Shown here piece after piece: positions 26,960 through 39,329 of a DNA stretch of 64,000 nt. Position numbers and translations under genes: made by a program. The DNA comes from Octopus bimaculoides. Taxonomy: Eukaryota. The stretch covers positions 166,335,029-166,399,028 of the forward strand of contig NC_068982.1 of the NCBI RefSeq assembly GCF_001194135.2, read 5' to 3'. The first letter of the stretch is position 1. The number at the start of each line of letters is the position of its first letter. Below the pieces are notes generated by a model. It was given only the letters and a program-made list of their open reading frames with translations. It did not search any database and was not told the DNA's origin.

Positions 26960-28473
26960 GTATCGCTTCTTTATTGTATTCCACTTGTTTTTTGTTGTTT
27001 GAGCCCGAGTAAACCCTTTCGGAGCTACTTAGGATCAAAGCCATGATGATTCAGTCTTTTCGTTAGTAGTGCTTACCCTAGTCTAATTTAATGTGTCCCA
27101 TTCTTAAGACAGGAGTCATTTGAGAGAAACCTGGGTGTTATTTCTAGCAGCTAAGGTGACCACATAAGCTCCCTCATTAGCTTGTCAGTCTCACTTTTAT
27201 TGCTTAATGCTGCTTGCAGGGATTCTTAACTTTTACAAACATTATTGACTGTTTGCTGTCCTTAAGTCTTCAGCTTCCCCATGTAGCAGCAATGGCAAAT
27301 CCTTTTCATTTTATTTTTTCTATTCTTTGTTCCATTATTTGACAACGTTTTTAAAGAATTTGTATTATGTATGTTTTGAAATAAAAAAAATAAGACTCAT
27401 AATTCCTTAAACCATCAACATGAGTTTTAATCTGTTTTTGTTGATTACAGACAAAACACTTATTTCTACATAGCTTCATTTCCCCAAGCTATTAAGAATG
27501 TGTCAGGTCATCGATTAGGTAAAGTTTCCTGCGGTGGACTTAACGTTTTATTTAGTGAGCAGATTCATTCATCATTTGAAAGCAGAAGTGAAAGCACGTC
27601 ATCAAAAACCACTCGAAGATTAAGGAACATTAACACACAGGCACAGACATGGCTGAGAGATTAAGCCTGTTTTGCAACCATGTGGTTTCAGGATTAGTCC
27701 TACTGTGTGGTATCTTGATTTGGTCAGTCTTGTTAGTGAACTTGATTGACAGGAACTGTGAGAGATCCATTGTATGCATGTATGTATGACATAGTGTTTG
27801 TGTTTCTCCTCCCATCACTTGACAAATAATATTGGGTTAGGTTTTTTTTTTTTTTATGTCATTGTAACTTAGCGGTTTGAAAAAAAAAGACTGGTAGAAT
27901 AAGTAACCATACAAATCTCTGGTTACTGTCCATTGACAGAAACTTACAAAATAGTAAATATGAAATTGAGACACTGATCTAGATGATGACATCATGAATG
28001 TTTGATAGTTTGTATCTTATTGTTGGTACTTTATTTGATTCATATTCACTCAGTTCTTCTAAACATCAATAGACTCTGTTGTAAAAAACTGAGGAGGACA
28101 TTGTACAATTAACAAGTTTACACTAGTTTACAGTATCGAATTCTAGTGCTCAGTGTGGAGTCTTGAGTTGTCAAGAGGAAACTATCCTGTATATCCTTCC
28201 TCAAGATTTCTTGAAATTAGCAGGATCCCTAACAAGCCAATCTTCCATCTACATTTTTTTTTTTTTTACAAGATTAAAAAGATTGGAAATTGAAGTATTT
28301 ATAGGGGAGACAGTTTGCACTAAAGTGTAGTGATGTCATTTAAAATGTTTAAGGTCCACATTAATTTAGCAATTTCCAATGATGGGCAGTTCATCCCATT
28401 CAAGCAATATAAAAGAATGTGATTGTTGGCTGTACCTTTAACTACTTTCTCTGATTTTATTTTTCTTCTGAAG

Positions 28474-28684
28474 ATTATCAGAACAAGTTCAGAAACAATT
28501 TACCATCACAAACAGCCATTTTGAAGATTTGTCTTTGAATGAAAAACGACCAACAGAACTTATCCGTCTCTATGGTAACCTTTATAGTGAAACAAGAGTG
28601 GAAGCTGCTGATGATCTTGATAGTATTCCAGAAATAGCCCAGTATGATAATCTCAAGACAAAGATTCTATTCTCTGTCGTTGTG
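28474..28684 (+). CDS. MIEAP/SPATA18-domain protein, coding exon
   Basis: ctgaag|A TTA... encodes LSEQVQ...RPTELIRLYGNLYSETRVEA...KILFSVVV; GTG|gtaagt donor; phase-consistent. Confidence 0.92.
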
Positions 28685-30051
28685 GTAAGTGTTATGGTCC
28701 ATACACTTGTGACTTTGTTACAAATATAGTTTAGATATTGTGTTAAGAAACTTTCAATGTAAGCACGGTTAGAATACTGTTGGATATTGTTATCTGTAGT
28801 TGTGTATAACTAAATTAATGATTAACGTATTCATATCAGAGTAATAATTATATCTTAAGCATTTATAACAAGCTTCCAGAACTTCCAAAATCAAATCTTT
28901 TCTGTATTACAGGCCTAAATTATACCTTAACCATACTTTTCTAACGTTATTAGACTTGAAACAATCCAAGGGAAGCTTCAGCAAGCTCTCAAATACTTCC
29001 TTAATAAGGGCTGTATTTCACACTTATGTAAGATTGCTTGATGGTCTGATGTTATTAGTGAAACGTTTCCTTAATAAAAGGAGTGAGGTTATGCTCTAAC
29101 AGCTATTGTAATTATTGACAGATGTGTCTATGCTAGCCATTTAAGCACTTTGTGCTCTTGATAAACAATCTGTTCTGTTCATTCTTATTTGCCACTTACA
29201 ACATTGTCCATCATGCTACATTCATTATTTCCTTGGTTTCCCTCTATCACAGCTATCATTAATCATCAGCCCCTCTTACCTCATTTCAAACCTGTCAACT
29301 ATTTCTCTAAGCTTCATCAGCCAATAATTGAACAGAAATATTAATTCTTACTTCACCTTTCATCTACCTTGACCCACTCCATCCCTAGCTATTTATCAAT
29401 CATTAATCCAATTTCTTTGAGGGTTCAAATCCTCATGGCTCAAGAATTACATTAAAATATTGACCACGTATTTGATGTTGCTGCAGTTACACACACCAAC
29501 ATTCTAGATTATGTCCTACCAAATGCTACCTCAGCTCACATAACATATTTGCCATGCTTTCTCTTGTTATCTCTACTGTCTCAGCTTTCTGGTACTCATT
29601 TTCTTGTTCATGTTATTATTGTTGCTTAGCCACAGATCAGCCAAGATTGAGCAGACTTTTGATTAAAAGCATTCTAAGAAAGGCCATCTCAGTTTTGTAG
29701 ATATAGTTTATTTCAGACTGCATGTGTGTGTTCAACCTCATTTTTAGAGAGCAAAATGTGATTTGAGAAATTTTGCTGCTATTTCTAGCAGATAAGTGGC
29801 TATGTATAGGCTCCCTAGACGTTGACACACAGAAGATCATGCTGAACAACCACCACACCAACATAATCAAGTCTGTGGGAGTCTGCAATAATCATGAACA
29901 TTGAACCTTTCTACTTAAACTATTTCATGAAAAGAAACGGCACCTTATCAACTAGTTTTGCTGCCATAACCCTTAATATTCAAATTAGATTCAGCGTTGT
30001 TTATACCTCCTAAAAAGTGTGTTTCAATATCTATTACCTCATTATTTTCAG

Positions 30052-30237
30052 TTGGCTTTTCGCTCAACACTCAACTCTTTGTTGGATTTAAAAAGTAAAG
30101 TCCGAGATTTACTTCGTATTCAAGTCAGTGACATTAACAACCAAAGTAATGACCTGCCATCTTTAACACTGGAAGCTGAGATTGATGATTACATAAAGAA
30201 GACTGTGGACCGTTATGACTGTTCAGCTAATTCTGAG
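30052..30237 (+). CDS. MIEAP/SPATA18-domain protein, coding exon
   Basis: tttcag| LAFRSTLNSLL...YDCSANSE |gtaact; 186 nt, phase 0/0. Confidence 0.92.
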
Positions 30238-30414
30238 GTAACTTCATGGTTATTTTACAATTTATTTCTATTCACTTTATTAGGATTTCCTGGCTTCTTG
30301 GGGGTTATAGGTAATCTCTTATCACAATTACATGTTAGCCTTCTACCTTTCCAGGCTATTTTTACTACAGTATATGACAGCTCCTGACCTACTAGAAATA
30401 ACAGCCAACCATTT

Positions 30415-30660
30415 ATTTCTCCCTATATATCTTCATCATTGTAATGTCCACTTTTCCATGCTTGCATGGGTCAGACAGAATTTGTTGAGGCAGATTTTCT
30501 ATGGATGTATGCCCTTCTTGTTGCCAACCCTCATCTGTTTTCAAGCAAGATATTTCCCATAGTGAGAAATGGTTTTTCATGGAAGCCTAGAAACAAAGAA
30601 CCTCACTTGTATGAGTGATGCTCATTTACAACCATTATGTGATATCTAAGACAAGGGTAC
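30415..30660 (-). mobile_element. RTE-like LINE 3' end or derived non-autonomous repeat
   Basis: CATCAT tail followed by the GGATG..CCTTCTTGTTGCCAACC motif; a similar copy lies at 49436-49680. Confidence 0.6.
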
Positions 30661-31809
30661 ACACACACACACACACACACACATATTTCTTATACAATAA
30701 CATTGTTGACAGTAACTTCAAAGTTTCAACCAGCTAGGCCATTATTTATGATGGGCTTATTTTGGTTTCCATCTACCAAATCCACTCACAGGGTTTGGTT
30801 GGCCCAGGGCTATAGTAGAAGACACTTGCCCAAGGTGCCATGCAGTGGGACTGAATCCAAGACCACTTGATTGAAAAGCAAGCTTCTTCATTGCTCAGCC
30901 ATGATGTCTGCAATCTGAGTTCAACTTCTTGCATAGTCAACTTTGTTTCTGATTTGGTAAAATGATTACCAAAAATATTCAGTTAACCAATTGTAGATTG
31001 GATTGTGCTCCAGTGGTTAACATGTATAGGTGGGCCTACGACAAGCATAAATAAGTTGGTGACATCATATTAAGACTTTCATCATGCAATAGATTAAAAA
31101 CAACTGAATGGAAATAGAGACTTGGAAAACTAAACTACAATATCATGAGACTAATGTCAGCAGAAATGTATAATTACCCTATAAATCTATCAACCCTTTA
31201 ACTTCAAAAGTAAATTTCATGATTATTGCAGTAATGCTGTTAAATATCTACAAAAAAAAAATAGAATTAGTATTTTCTGCAAGTCACATTGCCTCAAGCT
31301 TGACATAACTCAGCAAAAAATAATTTCAAACATGACATTCTTCAACAAAAGATAGATAGGTATAGAAAAAATGCTTCTGCTGTTAAGGGTAATGAAATTT
31401 TGAGTGAATATCTGATTTCTGCAATAAAAGGGTGAACATTTATATTTAATTCTATATACTATACACACGCACTAGCACGTGTGTGTGTGTATGTGTATCT
31501 ATATACATTCATATGTACATACATGAATGACAGCTCTAACTTGACTGGAAGTAATTCCATTACATGATTGTTCTCTTAAACATTGGCAGCACAGATACAG
31601 CTTTTCAGTTCTGCTGGGGTCTTACACTTTTTTACAAGAGTAGCAATGATGGGTGTCTCGTACAATAGGTGTAACAATATTGTTTTAATGAGCCTTCATA
31701 TGACATTTCACTCTACCTTCTGGCACGGTATTTTCTACATTCCCGGCAAGTAAAGATACCACACATATCATCATCATCATCATCGTTTAACGTCCGCTTT
31801 CCATGCTAG

Positions 31810-31910
31810 NNNNNNNNNNNNNNNNNNNNNNNNNNNNNNNNNNNNNNNNNNNNNNNNNNNNNNNNNNNNNNNNNNNNNNNNNNNNNNNNNNNNNNNNNNN
31901 NNNNNNNNNT
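31810..31910. other. Assembly gap (N run)
   Basis: 101 N after an RTE 3'-end start. Confidence 1.
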
Positions 31911-31995
31911 ATACATACATACATACATACATACATGCTTACATACATATGCTCACATCATTTATATAATTTCATCTATCATTACTCTTTTGCAG

Positions 31996-32280
31996 GAAGT
32001 TTGCTCCCAAATATATCTGACCTTGTATGATTATCCATGCCTCCGCCAAAGTTCTGGTCTAAGACAGTATATTGAAGAATGTGTTCGAGTGTCTTGGGCA
32101 TTAAATGTTCAAAATCCACGCTACATCATCAGTTATGATTCACGGACTTTCAATCCAAACATTCATACACGCTTCCATACATCAGATTCAACAAGTGATG
32201 ATATTCTGGAATTTCTTTGGCCAACACTTTTGGAAGGAAACAGTACCTGTTGTGTTTTTAAAGGTGTTGTCTTAACATAA
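31996..32280 (+). CDS. MIEAP/SPATA18-domain protein, last coding exon
   Basis: ttgcag| EVCSQI...YIEECVRVSWALNVQNP...FLWPTLLEGNSTCCVFKGVVLT*. Matches the MIEAP C-terminal pattern (W-x-L..Q-P; WP-x-L...KG-V-V-T). AATAAA at about 32893 and 32955. Confidence 0.9.
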   Translation, partial: EVCSQIYLTLYDYPCLRQSSGLRQYIEECVRVSWALNVQNPRYIISYDSRTFNPNIHTRFHTSDSTSDDILEFLWPTLLEGNSTCCVFKGVVLT

Positions 32281-33442
32281 TTTTAATATCCGTATTCACT
32301 CTTCCTCTAATGAAGAGGGGTTTATAGTAAACTTTGACAAATTTGTCCTATAATGTAATATAGTGAACTGGGTGCTTTAAAAAAAACTGAAAAAGGAATG
32401 TAAAATAACTATGAACCAGAAATTTGAATATTTTTTTATTTTTGTATAAATGAAAATGACCGGCTTTGAAAATCAAAATGTATGCAATAGTTGTTTTTGA
32501 ATCTTGTTTTATTATATCAACTAAAACTTAACCTTCCCTAATTTGTTAATGTTATGTATTGGAGAATAGTTCCATATGATATTTCTACATGATGGAGATG
32601 GTGATATGTTAATGAAGACTAAAGACAAATTATAATGGTAGGCTTCCTAATATACCTCTTCACACTAACACTTTTGATAGGATAATTTGGGTTTTTTTCC
32701 GATAGCGTAATATTTTTTCTTTTTCTTTTTCCAAGAAACTCTGCCAAGACTTTCAGATTTAATATACCATAATATTTTACTTTCAATTCACTGTACAAAA
32801 ATCAAAACCAGAAATGGTCGAATGGTTTTTAATTCTGTTGTGATTCCTTCAACTGTGCAATTTTCCTCTACCTCCCATCACTAAGGTCTACCAATAAATA
32901 AATTGCTTTAACTATTTACCATAAACGTACTAAACAAGCATAAGAAAAAAATCTAATAAAATGTTTGTGTAGCCAAAATTGTTTTAGGAAATATAAATAA
33001 AACCAAAATTTGTTTACTGAGTCAATTTATAGTAACTAACAAATTTAGTTTGAAATGTTGTAAATTCTTTAGCATGTCTGTGACAGTTAATATCAGTCTA
33101 ACAGCATTTGAGGAAACTGTAAAGTTATGTCCTGATTCAGTCTTAGATAGCACCTGAGTAAGTGAATTGCTTTGTACAATTAGATAGTAGTTCTGTCATC
33201 ATATGTAGGAACAAAGGAATCATTGCAGCTATTTGACCACTTGAAATAGCAGCCAAATCTCCATCCCTGTCTTAATTAAAGGACAATTAAATAATATAGT
33301 CCAAAATATCCTTCAAAAGACTGGGTGATCACTGCTGGAATGCCTTTCATCATTGGTCTATTGGATCAAGACTGACCTAAGGCTAAAAACCTTTCTTTTA
33401 TTTTTTTCATTGGTTTCATATATATATATATATATATATATA

Positions 33443-33656
33443 TCATCATCATCATCGTTTAACGTCCGCTTTATATGCTAGCATGGGTTGGACGATTTGA
33501 CTGAGGACTGGCAAGCCAGAAGGCTGCACCAGGCTCCAATCTGATCTGGCAGAGTTTCTACAGCTGGATGCCCTTCCTAACGCCAACCACTCTGAGAGTG
33601 TAGTGGGTGCTTTTACATGCCACCGGCACGAGGGCCAGTCACACAGTACTGGCAAC
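33443..33656 (-). mobile_element. RTE LINE 3' end
   Basis: (CAT)n tail followed by CGTTTAACGTCCGC...GGATGCCCTTCCTAACGCCAACC; runs into the gap at the tandem hairpin units. Confidence 0.85.
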
Positions 33657-34000
33657 NNNNNNNNNNNNNNNNNNNNNNNNNNNNNNNNNNNNNNNNNNNN
33701 NNNNNNNNNNNNNNNNNNNNNNNNNNNNNNNNNNNNNNNNNNNNNNNNNNNNNNNNNNNNNNNNNNNNNNNNNNNNNNNNNNNNNNNNNNNNNNNNNNNN
33801 NNNNNNNNNNNNNNNNNNNNNNNNNNNNNNNNNNNNNNNNNNNNNNNNNNNNNNNNNNNNNNNNNNNNNNNNNNNNNNNNNNNNNNNNNNNNNNNNNNNN
33901 NNNNNNNNNNNNNNNNNNNNNNNNNNNNNNNNNNNNNNNNNNNNNNNNNNNNNNNNNNNNNNNNNNNNNNNNNNNNNNNNNNNNNNNNNNNNNNNNNNNN
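33657..34000. other. Assembly gap (N run)
   Basis: N run. Confidence 1.
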
Positions 34001-34279
34001 TATGAAATTAAATAAATGACAAAGAAACAGGAAATTATGTAATGAACTTCATTAGCTTCCAGCTGTTTCTGTTATAAGATGATGCACAAGCACTCAGCTC
34101 TAATTGCACTACATCTTAAAACAGAAACAGTTGTAAGCTATTGAAGGTCATTGCATAATTTTCTGTTCCTTGTCATTTATTCAATTTCATGTTATGTATT
34201 CAGCTAATGCTTTATTCTGCAGCATATACATATTGAGTTTTAACACCAGGTTATTACTATCACTAAGCACAAGTGAAAC

Positions 34280-34960
34280 ATTAAAATAAATCATCATAGT
34301 CATTTAATGTCTGTTTTCTATTCTGGCATAGGTTAGAGATTTTAATCAGAGCTGGTAAGCCAGAGAGCAGCACTAGGTTCCAGTCAGTCGTTTTGGCTTG
34401 GTTTCTATGGCTGGGTGCCGTTCCTCATGCCAACCACTCTGCAGAGTATACTGGGTGCCATTTACATGTCACTGGCCATGATCACAATTTCACTTAGCTG
34501 GACTTGCCTTCTCAAGCGCAGCAAATCACCAGATATCTTGGTCACTTATCATCTCCATGAAATTCATTGACCAAAGATCATATTTCACCACTTTGTCCCA
34601 TTCCTTGCTGAGTTTACTTCTTCAAGTTCCCTCCACAATTAGAGATCTGGAAATTCCTAGAGTTTATTGTACCTGCACATCTGCCACACACAAAGACTAC
34701 TTTTTCTGTTAGTCTTCCTCTGATACTGCTGCACCTCTTATGTGTCCATAGCTTGCACCAGGTATACCTTATAGAGTTTCTGCCTAATCTTTTTCTACAT
34801 ATCAAGCAGTGCCATTTCTCTGTAGGGATCTCTGTTGTCATACTTACTAGGACTTTGGTCTTTGCTAAATTAATTCTAAGGCCCTTTAATTCCAGAATTG
34901 TCTTCTCTAATTCTGGAAGTGATTCAGCTATAAGATCAAGGTCAAAAGTATAGAGGAGCT
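34280..34960 (-). mobile_element. Older RTE LINE remnant (ORF2 RT end, PHD-like finger and 3' end)
   Basis: LKGLRINLAKTKVL...CLICRKRLGRNSIRYTWCKLWTHKRCSSIRGRLTEKVVFVCGRC. Confidence 0.8.
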
Positions 34961-35250
34961 CCCAAGGGCAGCCAGTGCTGCCTGACTGGCTCCCATGCTG
35001 GTGGCACATAAGATGCACCATTCAAGCATGGTCGTTGCCAGTGCCACTTGACTGGCCCTCCTGCTGGTAGTAAAAAGCACCAACTACACACTTGGAGTGG
35101 TTGGCATTAGGAAGGGCATCCAGCTGTAGAAACTCTGCCAGATAAGATTGGAGCCTGATACAGCCTTCTGGCTTGCCAGTCCTCAGTCAAACCGTCCAAC
35201 CCATGTCAGCATGGAAAGCGGACATTAAACGATGATGATGATGATGATGA
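34960..35250 (+). mobile_element. RTE LINE 3' end, opposite orientation
   Basis: Two hairpin units followed by ...GCGGACATTAAAC(GAT)n tail. Confidence 0.85.
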
Positions 35251-35335
35251 TATATATATATAATGATGATGATGATGAGTCTTTACCATTATCTTTCAAG
35301 TTCAAAATTACTTTTTGATCATCCCAGAGTTACAG

Positions 35336-35663
35336 TTCTATATTTAAGAGATGAGGAATTATGTACATTATTTACATTTGAGGATCTTGTTTGTTGTATA
35401 CACAATGTTTCAGCTGATATACCCTCCAGCCTTCACCAGGTAACTTGGGGAAGTTTCGAACCTGGGTTCTCATCCCTAAGGTATTTTTCAATGTTGTTAT
35501 TATTATTCAGGTCACTGCCTGGAATTGAACTCGGAATCTTGGGGTTAGTAGCCCATGCTCTTAACCACTGCGCCATATGTCCATGAAGGCTGGAGGGTAT
35601 ATCAGCCAAAACGTTGTTAACAACAAACAAGATGAGGACAAATATCCGTCAAATGTAAATAAT
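35336..35663 (-). mobile_element. tRNA-headed SINE with hammerhead-like tail plus inverted truncated tail, flanked by an 11-bp TSD
   Basis: A-box TGGCGCAGTGG and B-box GAGTTCAATTCC (-). Tail CTGGTGA-A-GGCTG..CAGCT-GAAAC. Inverted tail copy at 35582-35663. ATCCCAGAGTT at 35321-35331 and 35664-35674. Confidence 0.8.
35398..35447 (-). ncRNA. Decayed minimal hammerhead-like motif in the SINE tail
   Basis: C-CTGGTGA-A-GGCTG gagggtatat CAGCT-GAAA-CATT-GTGT. The inverted copy supplies ATGAAGGCTG..CAGCC..AAACGTT, giving an inferred consensus CTGATGA-A-GGCTG..CAGCC-GAAACGTT. Confidence 0.55.
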
Positions 35664-35908
35664 ATCCCAGAGTTGTTAGAATAAGAACCAGTTGTATATA
35701 AGGTATATCCCACCATACAGAAAATTTACCCTTCTACCTGTGTAAGGAATCAATATCATTTCCTTTATTTGAATGATGTTTTTAATGAACTTTTTTATAA
35801 ATTTTTCTGTTTGTTTTTGTTTGTCTCAGTCCATCATTATATAGTTTTTTGTTTATCTTCAAAATTTTCTGTCTGTTTTCTCATTTCTCTTTCTATCTAT
35901 ATCTCAAG

Positions 35909-35910
<2 letters not shown>

Positions 35911-35975
<65 letters not shown>
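35911..35975. repeat. (TA)n microsatellite
   Basis: Seen directly; other (TA)n runs at about 221-246, 6511-6547, 11068-11100 and 26100-26150. Confidence 0.95.
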
Positions 35976-36365
35976 CACACATCTGTTACTCTGTCCATGT
36001 GTTACTATCTTTCTGTCTTATATTTACAATCATCAGTACATGATATACTCAAATGTGTCCTTTAGACAAGTACAGAAAGGAACAGAGAAATAATGACTGA
36101 GAGAACGGTGGGTAAATCATGCGAATAGAATTAATTCACATCTATTTTTATAAATAAAATATTTTTACATTTCACTAATATGCTCTAACTATATTGTTTT
36201 CTGGTCATTTGCCTATATATTTGTTTTATGCTTTTATTTTTTAAATTTATTTTTCCTTTCTTCTATGTCTTTACATTGAACTAGAGACCAGCACAAGCTT
36301 TACAGCTTACCAACTTCCAGTAGTCCTAATCTAAGGATTGTATCCATCCACATCGTATGGTTTAA

Positions 36366-36576
36366 CCCTTTAGCATTTAAACTGTCCATATCCAGCCCAA
36401 ATATTCTACATATTTTACATTCAAACTTGCCAAATCAAGCCTCTCACACAGACATTACAAGAATAAACAATCACGTCGTTGAAACCTCAAAGCTATATGA
36501 TAATGCCTGATTAATTCAAAACAATTTGAATAAAAAAAAAAGCATTACATCTGACAGTAATCTGAATGCTAAAGGG
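36366..36576. mobile_element. piggyBac-type MITE
   Basis: TTAA|CCCTTTAGCATT ... AATGCTAAAGGG|TTAA: 12-bp TIR and TTAA TSD. Confidence 0.88.
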
Positions 36577-39329
36577 TTAAAGGTAATATAGTTCAAGAAT
36601 GTCTCATAACAGAGATTATTTGTGCAATTAGACAAAAAAAAAAACTCTCTCAAGTATTTAAAATCGAAGAACAAGCAAATATATCTCGAATAAGATTTAT
36701 CAATCAGAATGTTTGGAAAATAAAAGCAGTACAGATGACAGTGGATGTTGTCTTTAAAGCCAGCCAATGAATACAGTGCACATGCAGACATATGATCAAA
36801 GCAATGCTATCCATGGCCATTCCATCTTTTGTATATCTACGATCACACTGTCCTCTGTCCTTCCATTTTCAAAACAGTATGGATGAGACCTGAAGATTTG
36901 GTTCCTATTTTTAGCAGGTTGGGTGACTATGTTGATGGTCTTTCATTGACTCAAGTAGTTTTGTATTTAGGATAGATGAAGGTAGTGAATTGTCAATCAC
37001 TAAGATGTTGAATAGTGCCTTGTGGTGTTTGTTCTGACTTCGTGTGATCTGAGTTCAAATCTAGCCATGGTTAATTTTGCCTTCTATCCTTTCAGGGTCA
37101 ATAAAAAATATATCAAAGTAAAGTGGTGGATTAGCAGAATTATTAGTCAGGTGAGATACTTTGCAGTATTTCTTCCACCTCGTTGCATTATGGCAGCAAT
37201 GCCAGTGATATACTAAGCTAAATCTGATCAAGTTGGTGGTCTTTCTCTTGGATAAACATCAGTGACATGGAAGGGAGAGATTTTCATGCAAGACCAACTG
37301 CTGGTTTCACTCAAAAGAAAAAAAATCTTACCTAGACTTACACATACATGTGCAGACGCATTGTCAACATTGACCAATGGAGACGTTCTAGAATAGATGA
37401 TTTTCATACCTGCATAATGTAACAGAATTTAAGTTTCCTTGTAGATTACCGTGCCATTTATTTTATGATTAGATTCCTATTGTTTATTCTTGTACAAATC
37501 TATAGAATGAGTCGTCAAATTGAAAAAATACATTTGCCACTTGACAATGACTACTGAATAAAGGTAGGAAACTCTGTATAAATTTTATCTTTTGCACTTC
37601 AGCGCTTTTGACAAAAATATGTATTCAATATCTTTTTAACACAGCACAAATCCTCTTTCCTCAAGGAATACTAGTTGACTGCCTTCACTTTATTATATTA
37701 ACTAGCACTCATATAGCACCCTACCTTTTTATGGGACATACATTCAATGCAACAGTGAAGTAGATATTCTAAAGAAATAATTCCAATACATTAAATCTTT
37801 AACTGACAAGATAGTGGAGAGAGGAAATATTTGAGTGCTAAAATACACTATCTTTTATCTTTTACTTGTTTCAGGCACTACCTTTTAACAGTTTACTCAA
37901 AGAAATCAACTTCAGTCCTTTTTTAAGCTTGGTTTTTACCCTACTGGTCTCTTTCTAACAAACTGCTAAGTTACAGGCACATAAACAAGCCAAGTAGTTG
38001 TGAAAGACAAACATGAAAACATGCACACATGTGCATATTATATATGACAGGCTTCTTTCAGTTTCTGTCTACCAAATCCACTCACAAGACATTGGTTGGC
38101 CCAGGGTTATAGTAGAAGACACTTTACTCACCTAAGGTGCTGCACAATGGGGCTGAACCTGAGTATTTTTATACCACTTCATTCTGGGAAACTGCTGGAA
38201 ATGACTTTGCTTTTCCTTACTCTAGAGGCCAATAAAATAATTATATTGTGGACAGATTCCATTGATATATTTTTTTTTTAAAGCTCCTTCTCACTGTCCA
38301 GCATTAAAAAGAAAATGACCACACAATAAAGTCATGGCCATACTTTTGACGATAGTCTGTGTCAAGCCTATAAACTTATGTAGTTGCTACTTATCCAGAT
38401 GCATAAGAGTACAATATTCCTCCCTGAACAGGATGCCAGTTCGTCATAATTTTCCACTGATACTAATTTTCAGATGATTGTACTAAGGCAACATGAAATG
38501 AAATGCTCAGTTCAAAGACATGTTTCACCTGTCTGAGAATTGAACCCGTAAGTTCATGAGGAGTCCAACACCCCAACCCACTAAACCACACACCTTTACT
38601 GTTGACAGTAGTACATTTTTCTTACCTTTCTCAGTTTTATGTTCAAATTCTGATGATATCATACTTCTTTCATCCTTCTAGGGTCAAATTAAAATCAATT
38701 ATAAATTGTGGTGATACCCTTCTGCCAGGTAACTTTCTCAAATTTGTTATGTAAAGTGAAACAAGGTCCAACCAGTAGAGGGATGTTACCAATAGCAAAG
38801 TCTGCAAATTGGTTCTCATTCCCTTATTAAAGCAAATTATTAACTTCACTAACACCACTCACATTTTTTGAGAAAAGTGAAATTTCCAATTTAACTAATA
38901 CATGGTTCTTTTGGGCAGAGTCCAAAATAAACATTTTAACCCTAAATGCCTAATTATCAATATACAAATAAGGAGAAAAAGATCAATAAATAGGGAGCTT
39001 TTTTAAGTTCTAGTATTTGCAAAAAATTATATTCTTCGTGAGTGCGTTATTCAAATTTCAATAACTCTACCTCAGATGTTACAATTGGTTGCATGCAAAA
39101 AAAGTTATTAGTTCAAGTAGACAAAATTAAACATTGGATGCCTTTAGCAGTGTATACTCTGCTGTAAGCATTTAGTTAAAGACTCCAATATTTCGATAAA
39201 TTTGTTTCTTCTTCTCAAATACCATAGAAACAGTCAAGCTTGCTGCATTTTGATTCTTGTCCAAAGGCTTTCAAGTTTTTGGTAAAATATCCTTCATATC
39301 TAGACTAATCATTTGGTCATTTTCTTCCC

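Noticed and set aside
35520-35580. tRNA-like cloverleaf heads (also at 705, 17351, 23790 and 62033)
   Set aside because: These are SINE heads with incomplete acceptor stems fused to repeat bodies, not functional tRNA genes
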